Shown here piece by piece: positions 9,625-18,692 of a stretch of 64,000 nt of DNA. Position 1 is the stretch's first letter; every line of letters starts with the position of its first letter. The notes under the pieces are model-generated. The model did not search any database. It saw only the letters and a program-made list of their open reading frames with translations, and was not told the origin of the DNA. The stretch is taken from positions 7,050-71,049 of IMG/VR virus record IMGVR_UViG_3300012923_000008; one strand, written 5' to 3'. This DNA comes from a virus. The position numbers and the translations under genes are program-made.

Positions 9625-10503
9625 GTGCCATTACCTGCGATAAGTCCTTCAGGAGTTTCCTCCGCGTTTCTCTATCCCACTCAGGTTAGCGGGGGTTCTG
9701 GGTTCACGGGTATTATTTCCACACCGCCGTCTTTCGTTAACCCACCGATTATTTTCGAACCGAATACTGACTTTACCGGGAATCAAATCAAAGTCGTTAT
9801 GATCGTCACTGGTGCTCCCCCGAATTGGGGCGGGGCACAGGTCTGGGCGAGTGCAGATGGAAGCACTTATGGTCAGATTGGTACAGTCTACCAGGGCGGT
9901 GTACAGGGAATCCTTACTGCCCTGTTCCCTTCTGGTTCTGACCCGGATACGGTGAATACAATCTCGGTTGATATTTCTCAGAGCGGGGGGCAGATTATCG
10001 CGGGAAGTACTACTGACGCCGATATGGGGATAACTCTCGCGTATGTGGGTGGGGAACTGGTTGGCTATTCAGCTAGTACTCTCACGAGTGTGAATCAGTA
10101 CAACTTGGGTACCTATCTGCGTCGCGGACTCTATGGGAGTACTATCGGGTCCCATGCTATCGGGTCTCGCTTCGGACTTGTAAATGGGAATATTTTCACA
10201 CAGATCTATCCCGCATCATGGATTGGTAGAACGGTTTATTTTAAGTTCTTAAGTTTCAATGCTGTCGGGGGGATGATACAGAGTTTAGCCTCGGCGGTCG
10301 CGTATCCGTATACGCTTACCGGGAATGGGGTGAGCCCGGTAGGGCCGAGCACGACCTGCCCGACTACTATTGTCCTTTTTGGCGGGGCTGCCGAAATCGA
10401 ATGGGGATCGCTTGATAGCGATTGTATTATCGACTGCGCTGACTGGGGGCACTTGACTGATTCGGTGAGTCCGTTTTGTATTGATATGGGAGTACTTGGC
10501 TAG
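9625..10503 (+). CDS. Central tail protein, C-terminal half
   Basis: PPIIFEP, WGGAQVWAS.DG, LRRGLYGS and YFKFLSFN motifs, which normally follow in the same polypeptide. GGAG RBS at 9613. Confidence 0.8.
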   Translation: MPLPAISPSGVSSAFLYPTQVSGGSGFTGIISTPPSFVNPPIIFEPNTDFTGNQIKVVMIVTGAPPNWGGAQVWASADGSTYGQIGTVYQGGVQGILTALFPSGSDPDTVNTISVDISQSGGQIIAGSTTDADMGITLAYVGGELVGYSASTLTSVNQYNLGTYLRRGLYGSTIGSHAIGSRFGLVNGNIFTQIYPASWIGRTVYFKFLSFNAVGGMIQSLASAVAYPYTLTGNGVSPVGPSTTCPTTIVLFGGAAEIEWGSLDSDCIIDCADWGHLTDSVSPFCIDMGVLG

Positions 10504-10970
10504 TGGCAACGCAACAGAGAGTGAAGAGGATACGGGGGACTGCGGGGCAGAATGCCGCTGCGACTTTGCCGGAGGGAAACTTCGTTGTAAAGACTCCTAT
10601 AGATGGTACGGTTTGGGTACATGATGGAAGTACTCCTGGTGGATTTCCTATCGGGGCTGCTGCTGGCGGGGCCTTTGCTCTTGATCCCGTTACTACCGGT
10701 GTACTTCATACTGTGGTCCTTTCTGCTCTTCAAACCTGTACGTATTGGACCTCGGCTACTGGCGGGGCGAAGACGGCAGTTATTCCCGGAGCGGCCTCTG
10801 TTAATAAAGGCTATCTCTGGATTGATAAAACGACCCTGAATAATGGCGATACACATAATATAGTCCCTAGTTCTGGTACTGTTGAATCTTTTACGACTCT
10901 CACGTTTAATGATTTTCGGGCTTCGATTAGTTTGATCTCGGACGGCGTAAGTAACTGGATGATCGTTTAG
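10503..10970 (+). CDS. Short tail-fibre-associated protein (MTD/hyaluronate-lyase N-terminal-like)
   Basis: RIRGTA...EG....VHDGSTPGGFP and ISLISDGVSNW. Confidence 0.6.
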   Translation: MATQQRVKRIRGTAGQNAAATLPEGNFVVKTPIDGTVWVHDGSTPGGFPIGAAAGGAFALDPVTTGVLHTVVLSALQTCTYWTSATGGAKTAVIPGAASVNKGYLWIDKTTLNNGDTHNIVPSSGTVESFTTLTFNDFRASISLISDGVSNWMIV

Positions 10971-10985
10971 GAAAGGAAGACTCTC

Positions 10986-11999
10986 ATGACGCGTAAATGG
11001 CTGTACATCTTCGGACCGGTTGCGGCGGCTAGTGTTGCCGCAATTGTGTTTGGTGTTCCTCCTGTTCTTTCTGACTACATTCCGACTTCTCTCGGGGTGT
11101 ATAATTCTTCTCCGCCAACTCTGACGACTGGTCAGGCTGCTCCGCTTCAGTTGGATGTTAATGGGCAGCTTAAGATCACTGGCTCGGTTTCGGTTTCCGG
11201 TGGGACTGGTACGAGTGCAGTAGATGAGGCGGCGTTTACAGCTGGGAGTGGATCATACACCCCTTTCGGGGGGCTTTATCAGACGACCAGTACATCTAAT
11301 CCTTTGACTTCTGGTCAGGCCGGGGTTGCTCAGCTTACGATTAATCGTGCACTGCATGTGAATCTGAGAAACCTAACTGGTGCTGAAACTGGCGTGGCAG
11401 CGCTTCCACTTCAGGTTTCTTTGGCTAACACGGCTGCCAATGCTACCCCGGTAAGTGATAATCTGGCTCAGATTAATGGTCATACAACGGTCGAGGCCGG
11501 AGCGAATGGGGTGCTTGCTGTTGGTGGTCAGACGGCCACTAATGTTGCTATTACGGAGAACCCCGGGAATCTTGGCGCACAGGCAGTGAGCTCGGAGAAC
11601 TCTGCCGTCACAACTGCACGTAAGGTGCAACTCGTTGCTACCCTAACTGGGAAACAAATCGTTCAGCCGTACGCGAATCCGGAGAACTTTGTTAATGGGA
11701 CCACTGCGGCGATTACTGATACTACGAGCACTTCGACAATCGCCTCGGCGGGCGGTTCACTACGGAATTACCTAACGCAATGTACGATTACTAATTCTCA
11801 CGCTACGGTTGGTACGTTTGTGAAGATCCTCGATGGCTCGACGATTATATGGGAAGTATACGCTGCCGCGGTTGGTGGTGGAGCGGCTGCTACCTTTCCC
11901 GTTCCGCTTCGGGGTACGGCGGCAACGGCGGTGAATTGTCAACCTGTAACGACCGGGGCTAATGTTATCTGTTCTTGCTCTGGCTACACAGGGACGTGA
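10986..11999 (+). CDS. Thr/Ala/Gly-rich beta protein with an N-terminal signal-like segment
   Basis: Strong RBS (GGAAAGGAAG); hydrophobic N-terminus; virion-like composition. Confidence 0.6.
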   Translation: MTRKWLYIFGPVAAASVAAIVFGVPPVLSDYIPTSLGVYNSSPPTLTTGQAAPLQLDVNGQLKITGSVSVSGGTGTSAVDEAAFTAGSGSYTPFGGLYQTTSTSNPLTSGQAGVAQLTINRALHVNLRNLTGAETGVAALPLQVSLANTAANATPVSDNLAQINGHTTVEAGANGVLAVGGQTATNVAITENPGNLGAQAVSSENSAVTTARKVQLVATLTGKQIVQPYANPENFVNGTTAAITDTTSTSTIASAGGSLRNYLTQCTITNSHATVGTFVKILDGSTIIWEVYAAAVGGGAAATFPVPLRGTAATAVNCQPVTTGANVICSCSGYTGT

Positions 12000-12886
12000 T
12001 GATGAAAAGTTTTCTACGACTTCTCTCTGTCCTGGTTCTACTGTGGCCCCTTGTTTGTCACTCTGCGGCGCCGACCGTTAGTAACAATGGGGTTTGTACC
12101 TCCGCGCTCGGGGTAAGTACTCTTGCATGTAGTGTCACGACTACCGGGACTAACAAGATCGTTGTTCTCACAGTGGCGACGCAGAATACCAGCGCCACGG
12201 CACGAACGGTCACTTCGGTCACTGACAATGGGTCTGCGGCGTTAGTGTTCGATTGTGTCCGCAAGGCGGGTGTTTGTACGGGCTCGTCAGCGACGACCGT
12301 GTGTCTCGCTGGATCTATCAATCCATGTACTCTCAATGTGGAGCAATGGTGGGCACTCGCTGCGACGGCGCTCACGACCGAAAGCCTTACTGTAAACTTA
12401 AGCGGTTCAGCAACCGTCGTTATCGGTGGATGGAAGGGCGTTGCCGGGGTGTTTAACACAGCGGCCCCATTTGACAGCAATGCGTCTTTACCCTCGACTA
12501 ACAATGGTGGTAGTGCCACTGTCCCGACTACCGGGACTTTTAGTACATCATCGACGGACGATTTGCTAGTCGATGTCACTGTTGTCGGTCGGAACCAGAC
12601 AGGGTGGGTTCCTTGTAGTATTGGGACATTTGGTTCGTGGCAAGCCACCTTTGCGGAGATTTCTTTCACTTCTCAGATAGAACTTACCGAGAGGGCACAG
12701 GGGGTGACAACGTTGCAGGCTTCCGCGTCAGGGCATAAGAGCACGAGTGGTTCCGGCGGGTGCCCGGCCGGGACTTCCACTGCGTCTGGTGATGGTTGGC
12801 TTTCACTTACCACCGCAATGAATGGTAACGCGGTGGCGGGAAGTGCCTGTCCAGGCTATAGGGCTCTCAAAGGGGTTGGATGCTAA
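11999..12886 (+). CDS. Signal-peptide-bearing beta-sandwich protein, paralog of the extra domain in 7444..9621
   Basis: Signal MMKSFLRLLSVLVLLWPLVCHSA; VEQWWA and PFDSNASLP motifs. Confidence 0.65.
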   Translation: MMKSFLRLLSVLVLLWPLVCHSAAPTVSNNGVCTSALGVSTLACSVTTTGTNKIVVLTVATQNTSATARTVTSVTDNGSAALVFDCVRKAGVCTGSSATTVCLAGSINPCTLNVEQWWALAATALTTESLTVNLSGSATVVIGGWKGVAGVFNTAAPFDSNASLPSTNNGGSATVPTTGTFSTSSTDDLLVDVTVVGRNQTGWVPCSIGTFGSWQATFAEISFTSQIELTERAQGVTTLQASASGHKSTSGSGGCPAGTSTASGDGWLSLTTAMNGNAVAGSACPGYRALKGVGC

Positions 12887-12952
12887 AAGGTGAGAGGAAT
12901 GCTGAGTCTTCTCACTCTTTTCTTTAATCTCAGCTCTTTTAGGAGAACACTT

Positions 12953-13276
12953 ATGACTTCTACACCGATCACGTCAGTCAATCTTGTTACTGGAACTTCA
13001 GAGAATGTCACTATCGTCGATGAGAACGGGGTGGCGTTGCCGGATAGTTCAATAGCCTGGTCTGTGGTGGCCGGTACACTTACGTTCGGTACCTCGGGCA
13101 TTGCGCAGAATCTTATCATTACCCAAGATTCTGTCCATGGTGGTTTTAATTTCGCCGCGATGAGCGCCGGGGTGGGTACAATGCGGGCGACTCACGGGCC
13201 GAGTGGGAAGACCACCGATCTTCCGGTGACTCTTACTAATTCTGTCACTTCTATCTCGGCCGTGTCGGTGACATAA
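12953..13276 (+). CDS. Small Ig-like protein
   Basis: AGGAG RBS before the ATG at 12953; beta-rich, with an IAWSV motif. Confidence 0.55.
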   Translation: MTSTPITSVNLVTGTSENVTIVDENGVALPDSSIAWSVVAGTLTFGTSGIAQNLIITQDSVHGGFNFAAMSAGVGTMRATHGPSGKTTDLPVTLTNSVTSISAVSVT

Positions 13277-13285
13277 GAGAAAAAG

Positions 13286-13312
13286 AGAGGGGAGAAGTCT
13301 TTTCTCCCCTCT
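13286..13312. terminator. Hairpin terminator between convergent transcription units
   Basis: AGAGGGGAGAA/TTCTCCCCTCT 11-bp stem with an A-tract on its left side. Confidence 0.75.
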
Positions 13313-13349
13313 AAAAAATTTTACCTTAAGTACTATCAGGACTTCATTC

Positions 13350-14303
13350 TTATGCTTCTCCGGCGAATCCCCAGGGATCAGCTCCCGTCGTAGTTTGGAG
13401 GAGCCCGGCACCTACCTGGGTAAATGCATTCGGATGCGTCTGGTCATCTGTGGCGGATGTCCAGTCCCAAACGTAATTCGCGGGGTTATTTTGGAAGATT
13501 GTGTGACCACCGTAGAGGTAGATTTGTGGCTTAATGAGATTCCCAGATCCGTCGACGATTAAGTTACTCCCTGATGGTGGGTTTCTCACAGGTAGGTTTG
13601 TCGAGGGATCTACAAATGCGCCCTGTATCGCAGGGTCGGCAATGTTTACCGGGGCAGAATAGAAATAATATTCTGCCATGTTACCGACGTAGTAGGTTCC
13701 GCGTTGTCCGATAGTCCATCTAAATGTCTGGCCGAGATAGTTAGCTGTCACTAGGGGGACGTTAAATGGCCCGCTCCAGCTAATGGTGTGGAATCCGTTC
13801 ACCGCGACTTTGTCGATCAGCGCTGAGATTGTTCCTAATTGTGTGTTTGCCTTGACCCATAGAATGTGCCATCTACCATCGTATGGGATAGAGCCTAGGG
13901 AGCTCGCGGCGTGAAGTTCTCGATTGGACCGCCAGTCGTAAAGATCTACGTCTAAGAATGCAGTGTTTTTCCGGAGGTTACTACTGATTTGTATTACAAT
14001 CGAGGTATTACTTCCAGATCCCCCGGCAGTGTCTGTAACGAGTAGACCTTGGCTATTCGGATAGCCTGTAGCGTTGAATATTACGCTGAGGAATAGATCT
14101 GGGCTATCGGCGGGTAGGGATGCCCAGGACCCGGCGTTTCGAAGGAGTACTGATCCCGGGAAGTTTACTGCGAATTTCCCATCCGTCGGGGGCGGTGGCG
14201 GTGCCCAGGCGTGACGGGGTGACATGATCGCTCCCCCGGCGATTCCGACGCCTGTTGATTTCAGCAGGGCTCTACGCGTGATTACTGATGTTCTTTTTAG
14301 CAT
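13350..14303 (-). CDS. Tat-exported LamG/concanavalin-like protein
   Basis: GAAAGGA RBS then MLKRTSVITRRALLK...AWA twin-arginine signal; DGRWH motif and G.MAEYYF. Confidence 0.7.
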   Translation of the reverse strand: MLKRTSVITRRALLKSTGVGIAGGAIMSPRHAWAPPPPPTDGKFAVNFPGSVLLRNAGSWASLPADSPDLFLSVIFNATGYPNSQGLLVTDTAGGSGSNTSIVIQISSNLRKNTAFLDVDLYDWRSNRELHAASSLGSIPYDGRWHILWVKANTQLGTISALIDKVAVNGFHTISWSGPFNVPLVTANYLGQTFRWTIGQRGTYYVGNMAEYYFYSAPVNIADPAIQGAFVDPSTNLPVRNPPSGSNLIVDGSGNLIKPQIYLYGGHTIFQNNPANYVWDWTSATDDQTHPNAFTQVGAGLLQTTTGADPWGFAGEA

Positions 14304-14323
14304 GATGTTTTTCCTTTCTTCGT

Positions 14324-15292
14324 TCATGGCATGGAGCCCCAGGGGTCTATGATTGCAGTGGTTATGGAGGGGTAGCCCTGTGGCTCTAGAAATGAGGTTG
14401 CCCCGCCTTGATTGTAAAGGAATTGGGGCATTCCATCCCTTAGGCACAGTGCTGCATCGGTCAAGGTAGTACCGTATAGGGGATTTCTACACTTTGGGCC
14501 TAGGTTTTCGGGGAAGAAGTATGTCACTGGCGGCAGTCCCGGCGGGGCGTATGTTGTGATACGGGCGAACCCGGATCTTGTGTGTAGCTGCTCTATGGCA
14601 GCGTTGTCACCGATTTCGAAATGCCCGTAGACTTGTGAGAGAAATCCGTTGTAGAAGTCTGTTGGGAAGCCAACGAGGTTCACATCTGCACAGCCGTACC
14701 AGGGTGCGTTTTCGAATGGTACAGAAAAACTCTGCGCGCTCCCGTCTGACCCTGACCATGGTGCCGGTGCCCACGTCATAATATCCGGAACAGCGTTCCC
14801 GTCTATGTGGTAGGCGTTTGCGTACCATGTTTGGTTTGTGGGGTCGTAGTTATTCGTGTTGAACCGAAGCGCAATCATGTGGTAAAGATTGTCGTTTCTT
14901 ACCAGTTCGTTGGATGTCCAGTAAGCATAGTGTGAAGTGCCGCCTGTGCCGTCAGATACGAAGATCCGCAGGTGAATGCCGTCCTGCAGAGGCGGTCTAT
15001 TGACGTAGTTCTCGAAGGTCACGCGAAAGATTAGGAATCCCTGATATATTGGGCTCCAGGCTTCCATTATCGAAGCCCTTCCGTTAGTCGGGATCGCCTG
15101 GTCGGAATTCCAGAAGAAAGAGAATACTCCTTCTGGAGAATTGGTTATGTTGTCGGTGAAGCCGAGATTGTAGAAATACGAATTTCCGGGGCAATCTACC
15201 GCCCTGACTCCCTGCGATTGGCTCGGGGTGGATAGTAAGATACCACTTAGTGCGGTGGCTGCTAAGAGGGCTGACTTGAATAGGCTTTTCAT
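14324..15292 (-). CDS. Sec-exported LamG-like protein, paralog of 13350..14303
   Basis: Sec signal MKSLFKSALLAATALSGILLS; DNLYHM motif; C-terminal DPWG. Confidence 0.7.
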   Translation of the reverse strand: MKSLFKSALLAATALSGILLSTPSQSQGVRAVDCPGNSYFYNLGFTDNITNSPEGVFSFFWNSDQAIPTNGRASIMEAWSPIYQGFLIFRVTFENYVNRPPLQDGIHLRIFVSDGTGGTSHYAYWTSNELVRNDNLYHMIALRFNTNNYDPTNQTWYANAYHIDGNAVPDIMTWAPAPWSGSDGSAQSFSVPFENAPWYGCADVNLVGFPTDFYNGFLSQVYGHFEIGDNAAIEQLHTRSGFARITTYAPPGLPPVTYFFPENLGPKCRNPLYGTTLTDAALCLRDGMPQFLYNQGGATSFLEPQGYPSITTAIIDPWGSMP

Positions 15293-15304
15293 TTTGGTCC
15301 TCTG

Positions 15305-15898
15305 TTAGAAGGTTCGGGGTGTATTGTTTCGGGTCGTGTTGTTTTCTTGTAGCCATGTTTCTAGTTCTTGGAGCATGTGCTCGGGGGTGGAGGAGTTGTG
15401 AATCACCAGATCCACTTCGATCCGGAGATATTCTAACTCGCTTACGTGGTCGTCCACGAGTTCTAATCCGGGGCGTTCGATACGGATTATTTTCCCGCCG
15501 TGGTGTCGGATCACTTCTGCCTCATTTAAGAAGCGTAGGTCTTCGGCGACGATATTTTGATAAACGTCATTCGCTCTTCTGTGGTAAATTATTCTCCTTT
15601 CCCATTGCCCGATCCAGAGATCCCAGTCGACTAGTTCTCTTCCCCACTCTGTGCCGAGGGTTTTCTGTACATGGCGATTGGACCTCCCGTTAAAATACTC
15701 GCATTCTTCTTCTTTTCCGTCTCCCCAGACTAGACGGCTGATCTCATCCTCTGGCACTCCTTGTAGTCTTAGCATTACCGCGACTGATTCCTTAATCGGA
15801 TCTGCAAAGGCGAAGCGCCAGTAGCCGAGGCGCTGGTTTAGCTGTTTTGCCAGTTCGGTTTTACCACTTGTTTTTGGTCCACAGAGTCCGAGGATCAT
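15305..15898 (-). CDS. Deoxynucleoside monophosphate kinase
   Basis: GLCGPKTSGKT, FADPIK, LGTEWGR, DLRFLNE and HVSE motifs. Confidence 0.92.
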   Translation of the reverse strand: MILGLCGPKTSGKTELAKQLNQRLGYWRFAFADPIKESVAVMLRLQGVPEDEISRLVWGDGKEEECEYFNGRSNRHVQKTLGTEWGRELVDWDLWIGQWERRIIYHRRANDVYQNIVAEDLRFLNEAEVIRHHGGKIIRIERPGLELVDDHVSELEYLRIEVDLVIHNSSTPEHMLQELETWLQENNTTRNNTPRTF

Positions 15899-16176
15899 GA
15901 GATTTAATACCTCTTATGTCGATCGGAAGAGTCGCCACTGCCGAATAGTTCTCTTTTTGCTTTGCTCGCTGAATACCAGAAAAATCTATAACCAAGGTAC
16001 GTATCCGCTAGGCCTGTGATGGGGATGAATAAGTATAGATAGTTCACAGTCTATTCTCCTTTCTGCGTCCGCCGTTCCATCCGCGGGATCGATAGGTGCC
16101 GTTGGTGATCTTTATCTCTTTCTGTCTCGTTCGCCATCTCTGAGTTCGTTTCACGTGGTCCTCTTTGCTCTTTTCG

Positions 16177-16569
16177 TTATTCTTCGCTTTTAGCCAAGTC
16201 ACGTCGAGACTCCCTTCTTCCTGGTGTTTTAGTGGCGTGTTTTGACCATTGAGTTATGGTCTTAAAGGGGCCTTTGCCACAGGTGCAGAGGATTCCTTTC
16301 TCGGGGTTGTCGTGTACGATAAGGTGCTTTGGTAATCCTTTGGTTTGTGCTTCGTCCCAGAGCTTTCGCCATTGGCCTGAGATTAAGTCGGAGTAGTTTG
16401 TGATGAAGGTGTCAAAGGCTAAACTATGTCCTTTCTCCTCTCTCGTCTTCGTCGGGGAGTTCGTCCTCTTCTGACCAGTCCCCGGCGGATTGCCAGATGT
16501 TCCAATCGCGGCAGCTTCTCTGTCTTGTGCGGTTCGGGTTTGAGTCTCCATAGCGTCTTGTATCTCCAT
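16177..16569 (-). CDS. Hypothetical protein with a Cys/His zinc-finger-like segment (start uncertain)
   Basis: CTCGKGPF...WSKH. It overlaps the upstream gene by 146 nt, so the true start is probably later. Confidence 0.4.
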   Translation of the reverse strand: MEIQDAMETQTRTAQDREAAAIGTSGNPPGTGQKRTNSPTKTREEKGHSLAFDTFITNYSDLISGQWRKLWDEAQTKGLPKHLIVHDNPEKGILCTCGKGPFKTITQWSKHATKTPGRRESRRDLAKSEE

Positions 16570-16729
16570 GTTTCCATCTCCAAGCGGTTTTTAGTGAACA
16601 GCCGATTAGGTCGGCGGCTCGGGCTAGTGAATCACCACGTTCCAGAGCTTTTAGGACTGTCTGGCGTTGCGTCTCTGTGTATATAGCGGCGTTTCCGCTG
16701 GGTCCGTGGAAAAGAACTGAACTCGGCAT
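16424..16729 (-). CDS. Helix-turn-helix protein
   Basis: GDSLARAADLIGCSLKTAWRWK. Confidence 0.75.
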   Translation of the reverse strand: MPSSVLFHGPSGNAAIYTETQRQTVLKALERGDSLARAADLIGCSLKTAWRWKHGDTRRYGDSNPNRTRQRSCRDWNIWQSAGDWSEEDELPDEDERGERT

Positions 16730-17916
16730 TAGACTACCTCTTGTCTTGGTTGTGGTACATATGTCCCGGGCTTCGTGCCCCGGCGAATGAGATCGCTCCT
16801 TTCCATTGCCTCGATGATGGGTTTGATCTTGTCACTTGTGGTTCGTTCTTGGATGAAGTTCCAAAGGATAGCTTCGGGTAGTGGCTGTCGTTTTTCGCGG
16901 ACTACCGAGGCGTATTGGGAATAGAGAAACTGATAGGACTCACGGATTAGTTGTTCGTCGGACCTTTGCCTCATGGCTTTGAATACATCGGGCATAAATT
17001 CCTCTGCAGAGAGAAGCCACTTCTTGGCTCGAAGGAAATCGCCAAGAGTGACTGTTAGACTTTGGTGATAACTTACGGCGGAGATCATGGAGAGTTTTAA
17101 AACGTGTGGGCCTCGACGACCGCGATAGTGCGTTAGTCTACTATGGTCTGGCACTGGTGGGAGTTTCTGCCCGAACCATTCGTTCAGAGCCTTCATGGCG
17201 TCGGGTTCCCAGAGGCATTCGCCAGAGAGGGAGAAGATTCTGATTAGATCTTTTTGCAGACTATCTCTTGTAAGTTTATTGGCCTTCTTCTTAAAGACGT
17301 CCCTGTTCGGGTCATGCGTCTCTGAACCGTAGATAAAGATCAGGCGACTGGTAAAGCCGCCGCCCCAGGCGACTTCGGGGAAGATAGTACCAATGTAGTC
17401 TGGTGTCGCCCCGCCGAGAATATTCACCGTTGGGCGTTCGATGTGGACAGACGAGGTGCTACTTCGCGGGGCGGTGAACTGGTCTTTGTTGTCATATAGG
17501 TCTGTCAGGGTCGCGAAGAAGTCTTCGTCACTATTGGCGAAAAGGACACCGAGCTCGGCACTAGGGACTGACATAGCGGAGTAGATCACGGCTCCGCTGC
17601 CATTAGTGTAGTCGCGGGTAGATTTCTGAAGAGTGTCGAGAAAGCTTCTCCTTGATGGGTTATCCGGGCCGACGTGGAGCTGTGGGACCTCGATCCAGTA
17701 CTTTCTGGCTTCGTTTATCATTAGGGTCTTCCCACTCGCGGGGAATCCGCAGAGGATGGTGAACTGGTTTGGAAAGAGCATTCCTCGATCTGTCTCGGTC
17801 CAGACCCGACGTTCTAGTGCACCTGCTATGATCGTGATCCCGGTCCAGAGTCTAAATGATTCCGGACTCTGTATGTCTTCCGTGTCTTGGACGAATGTTT
17901 CAATCCAATCTGGCAC
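16729..17916 (-). CDS. DUF3987/YfjI-like P-loop ATPase (putative replicative helicase)
   Basis: SPESFRLW, PNQFTILCGFPASGKT Walker A, LTDLYD, GGATPD and GGGFTSRLIF. Confidence 0.8.
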   Translation of the reverse strand: MPDWIETFVQDTEDIQSPESFRLWTGITIIAGALERRVWTETDRGMLFPNQFTILCGFPASGKTLMINEARKYWIEVPQLHVGPDNPSRRSFLDTLQKSTRDYTNGSGAVIYSAMSVPSAELGVLFANSDEDFFATLTDLYDNKDQFTAPRSSTSSVHIERPTVNILGGATPDYIGTIFPEVAWGGGFTSRLIFIYGSETHDPNRDVFKKKANKLTRDSLQKDLIRIFSLSGECLWEPDAMKALNEWFGQKLPPVPDHSRLTHYRGRRGPHVLKLSMISAVSYHQSLTVTLGDFLRAKKWLLSAEEFMPDVFKAMRQRSDEQLIRESYQFLYSQYASVVREKRQPLPEAILWNFIQERTTSDKIKPIIEAMERSDLIRRGTKPGTYVPQPRQEVV

Positions 17917-18110
17917 AAGAAAGGGGTCCTTCTCTTAGGTAGGAGTATTTAGTCTTTCTATTTCGTCGCTTACACTACGGTTTATGTAGTCGATATACAG
18001 TCGGGTAAATACCATCTTCATCTCTTCTGGTTTGATTTTTAGTACTCTTGAATGGTATAGGCTTTTCCCTTCGCCGCAGACTATTACGATGCTGATTGAT
18101 TTTAGTTCTT

Positions 18111-18476
18111 TCATGAGAGTCTTTCCTTCCAAAGTTTGAGCATTTCTTCCCGGCGCTGTATGAGTATGTTACGCTCCGCTAGCGTTGTGATGTGTTTACA
18201 GTTGGAGCAATGTCCTAGACTATCTTTTAGAGTTCGACTGATTTGTAGTCCATTGATCCTTTCGGTTTCGCCGGGGACCATGAAACCGCCGCTGTTTGAA
18301 CATGTGAAACATGGACTGCAACTGTCCATAGTACGATCAGCGGCGTCGAATAGTCTTTGTAAGGCTTTATCTTCTCTCTTTATTTCTTCACTCCCACGTT
18401 CTTCACTTTCGAACTCGAAACAACGGCCTTTTCGTAGACACTCGTGTTGAGTAGTACAGATTTCACAAAAAGCCAT
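18111..18476 (-). CDS. Cys-rich hypothetical protein
   Basis: Several CxxC motifs; tightly coupled to its neighbours. Confidence 0.55.
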   Translation of the reverse strand: MAFCEICTTQHECLRKGRCFEFESEERGSEEIKREDKALQRLFDAADRTMDSCSPCFTCSNSGGFMVPGETERINGLQISRTLKDSLGHCSNCKHITTLAERNILIQRREEMLKLWKERLS

Positions 18477-18692
18477 TTATCGCTTTGCTCCCGGTTTGTC
18501 GAGGGTTTCCCATCGCTGTGGATAGCAATCAATAGAATTAATGGGCCATCCGGCTTCCTGAAGTTCTTGGGAGAATTTCTCGATGGCATCCATTACCTCT
18601 TCTAATGGAATGTATTCGGGGTCTTTTTGCCTAATGTGGACGTTTATACCGGCGGTGTGAATGTCGGCGCACATTTGCCACAGGGTTGTCAT
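18477..18692 (-). CDS. Small hypothetical protein whose C-terminus copies that of PolA
   Basis: Ends LDKPGAKR; PolA ends LDKPGMKR. Confidence 0.6.
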   Translation of the reverse strand: MTTLWQMCADIHTAGINVHIRQKDPEYIPLEEVMDAIEKFSQELQEAGWPINSIDCYPQRWETLDKPGAKR

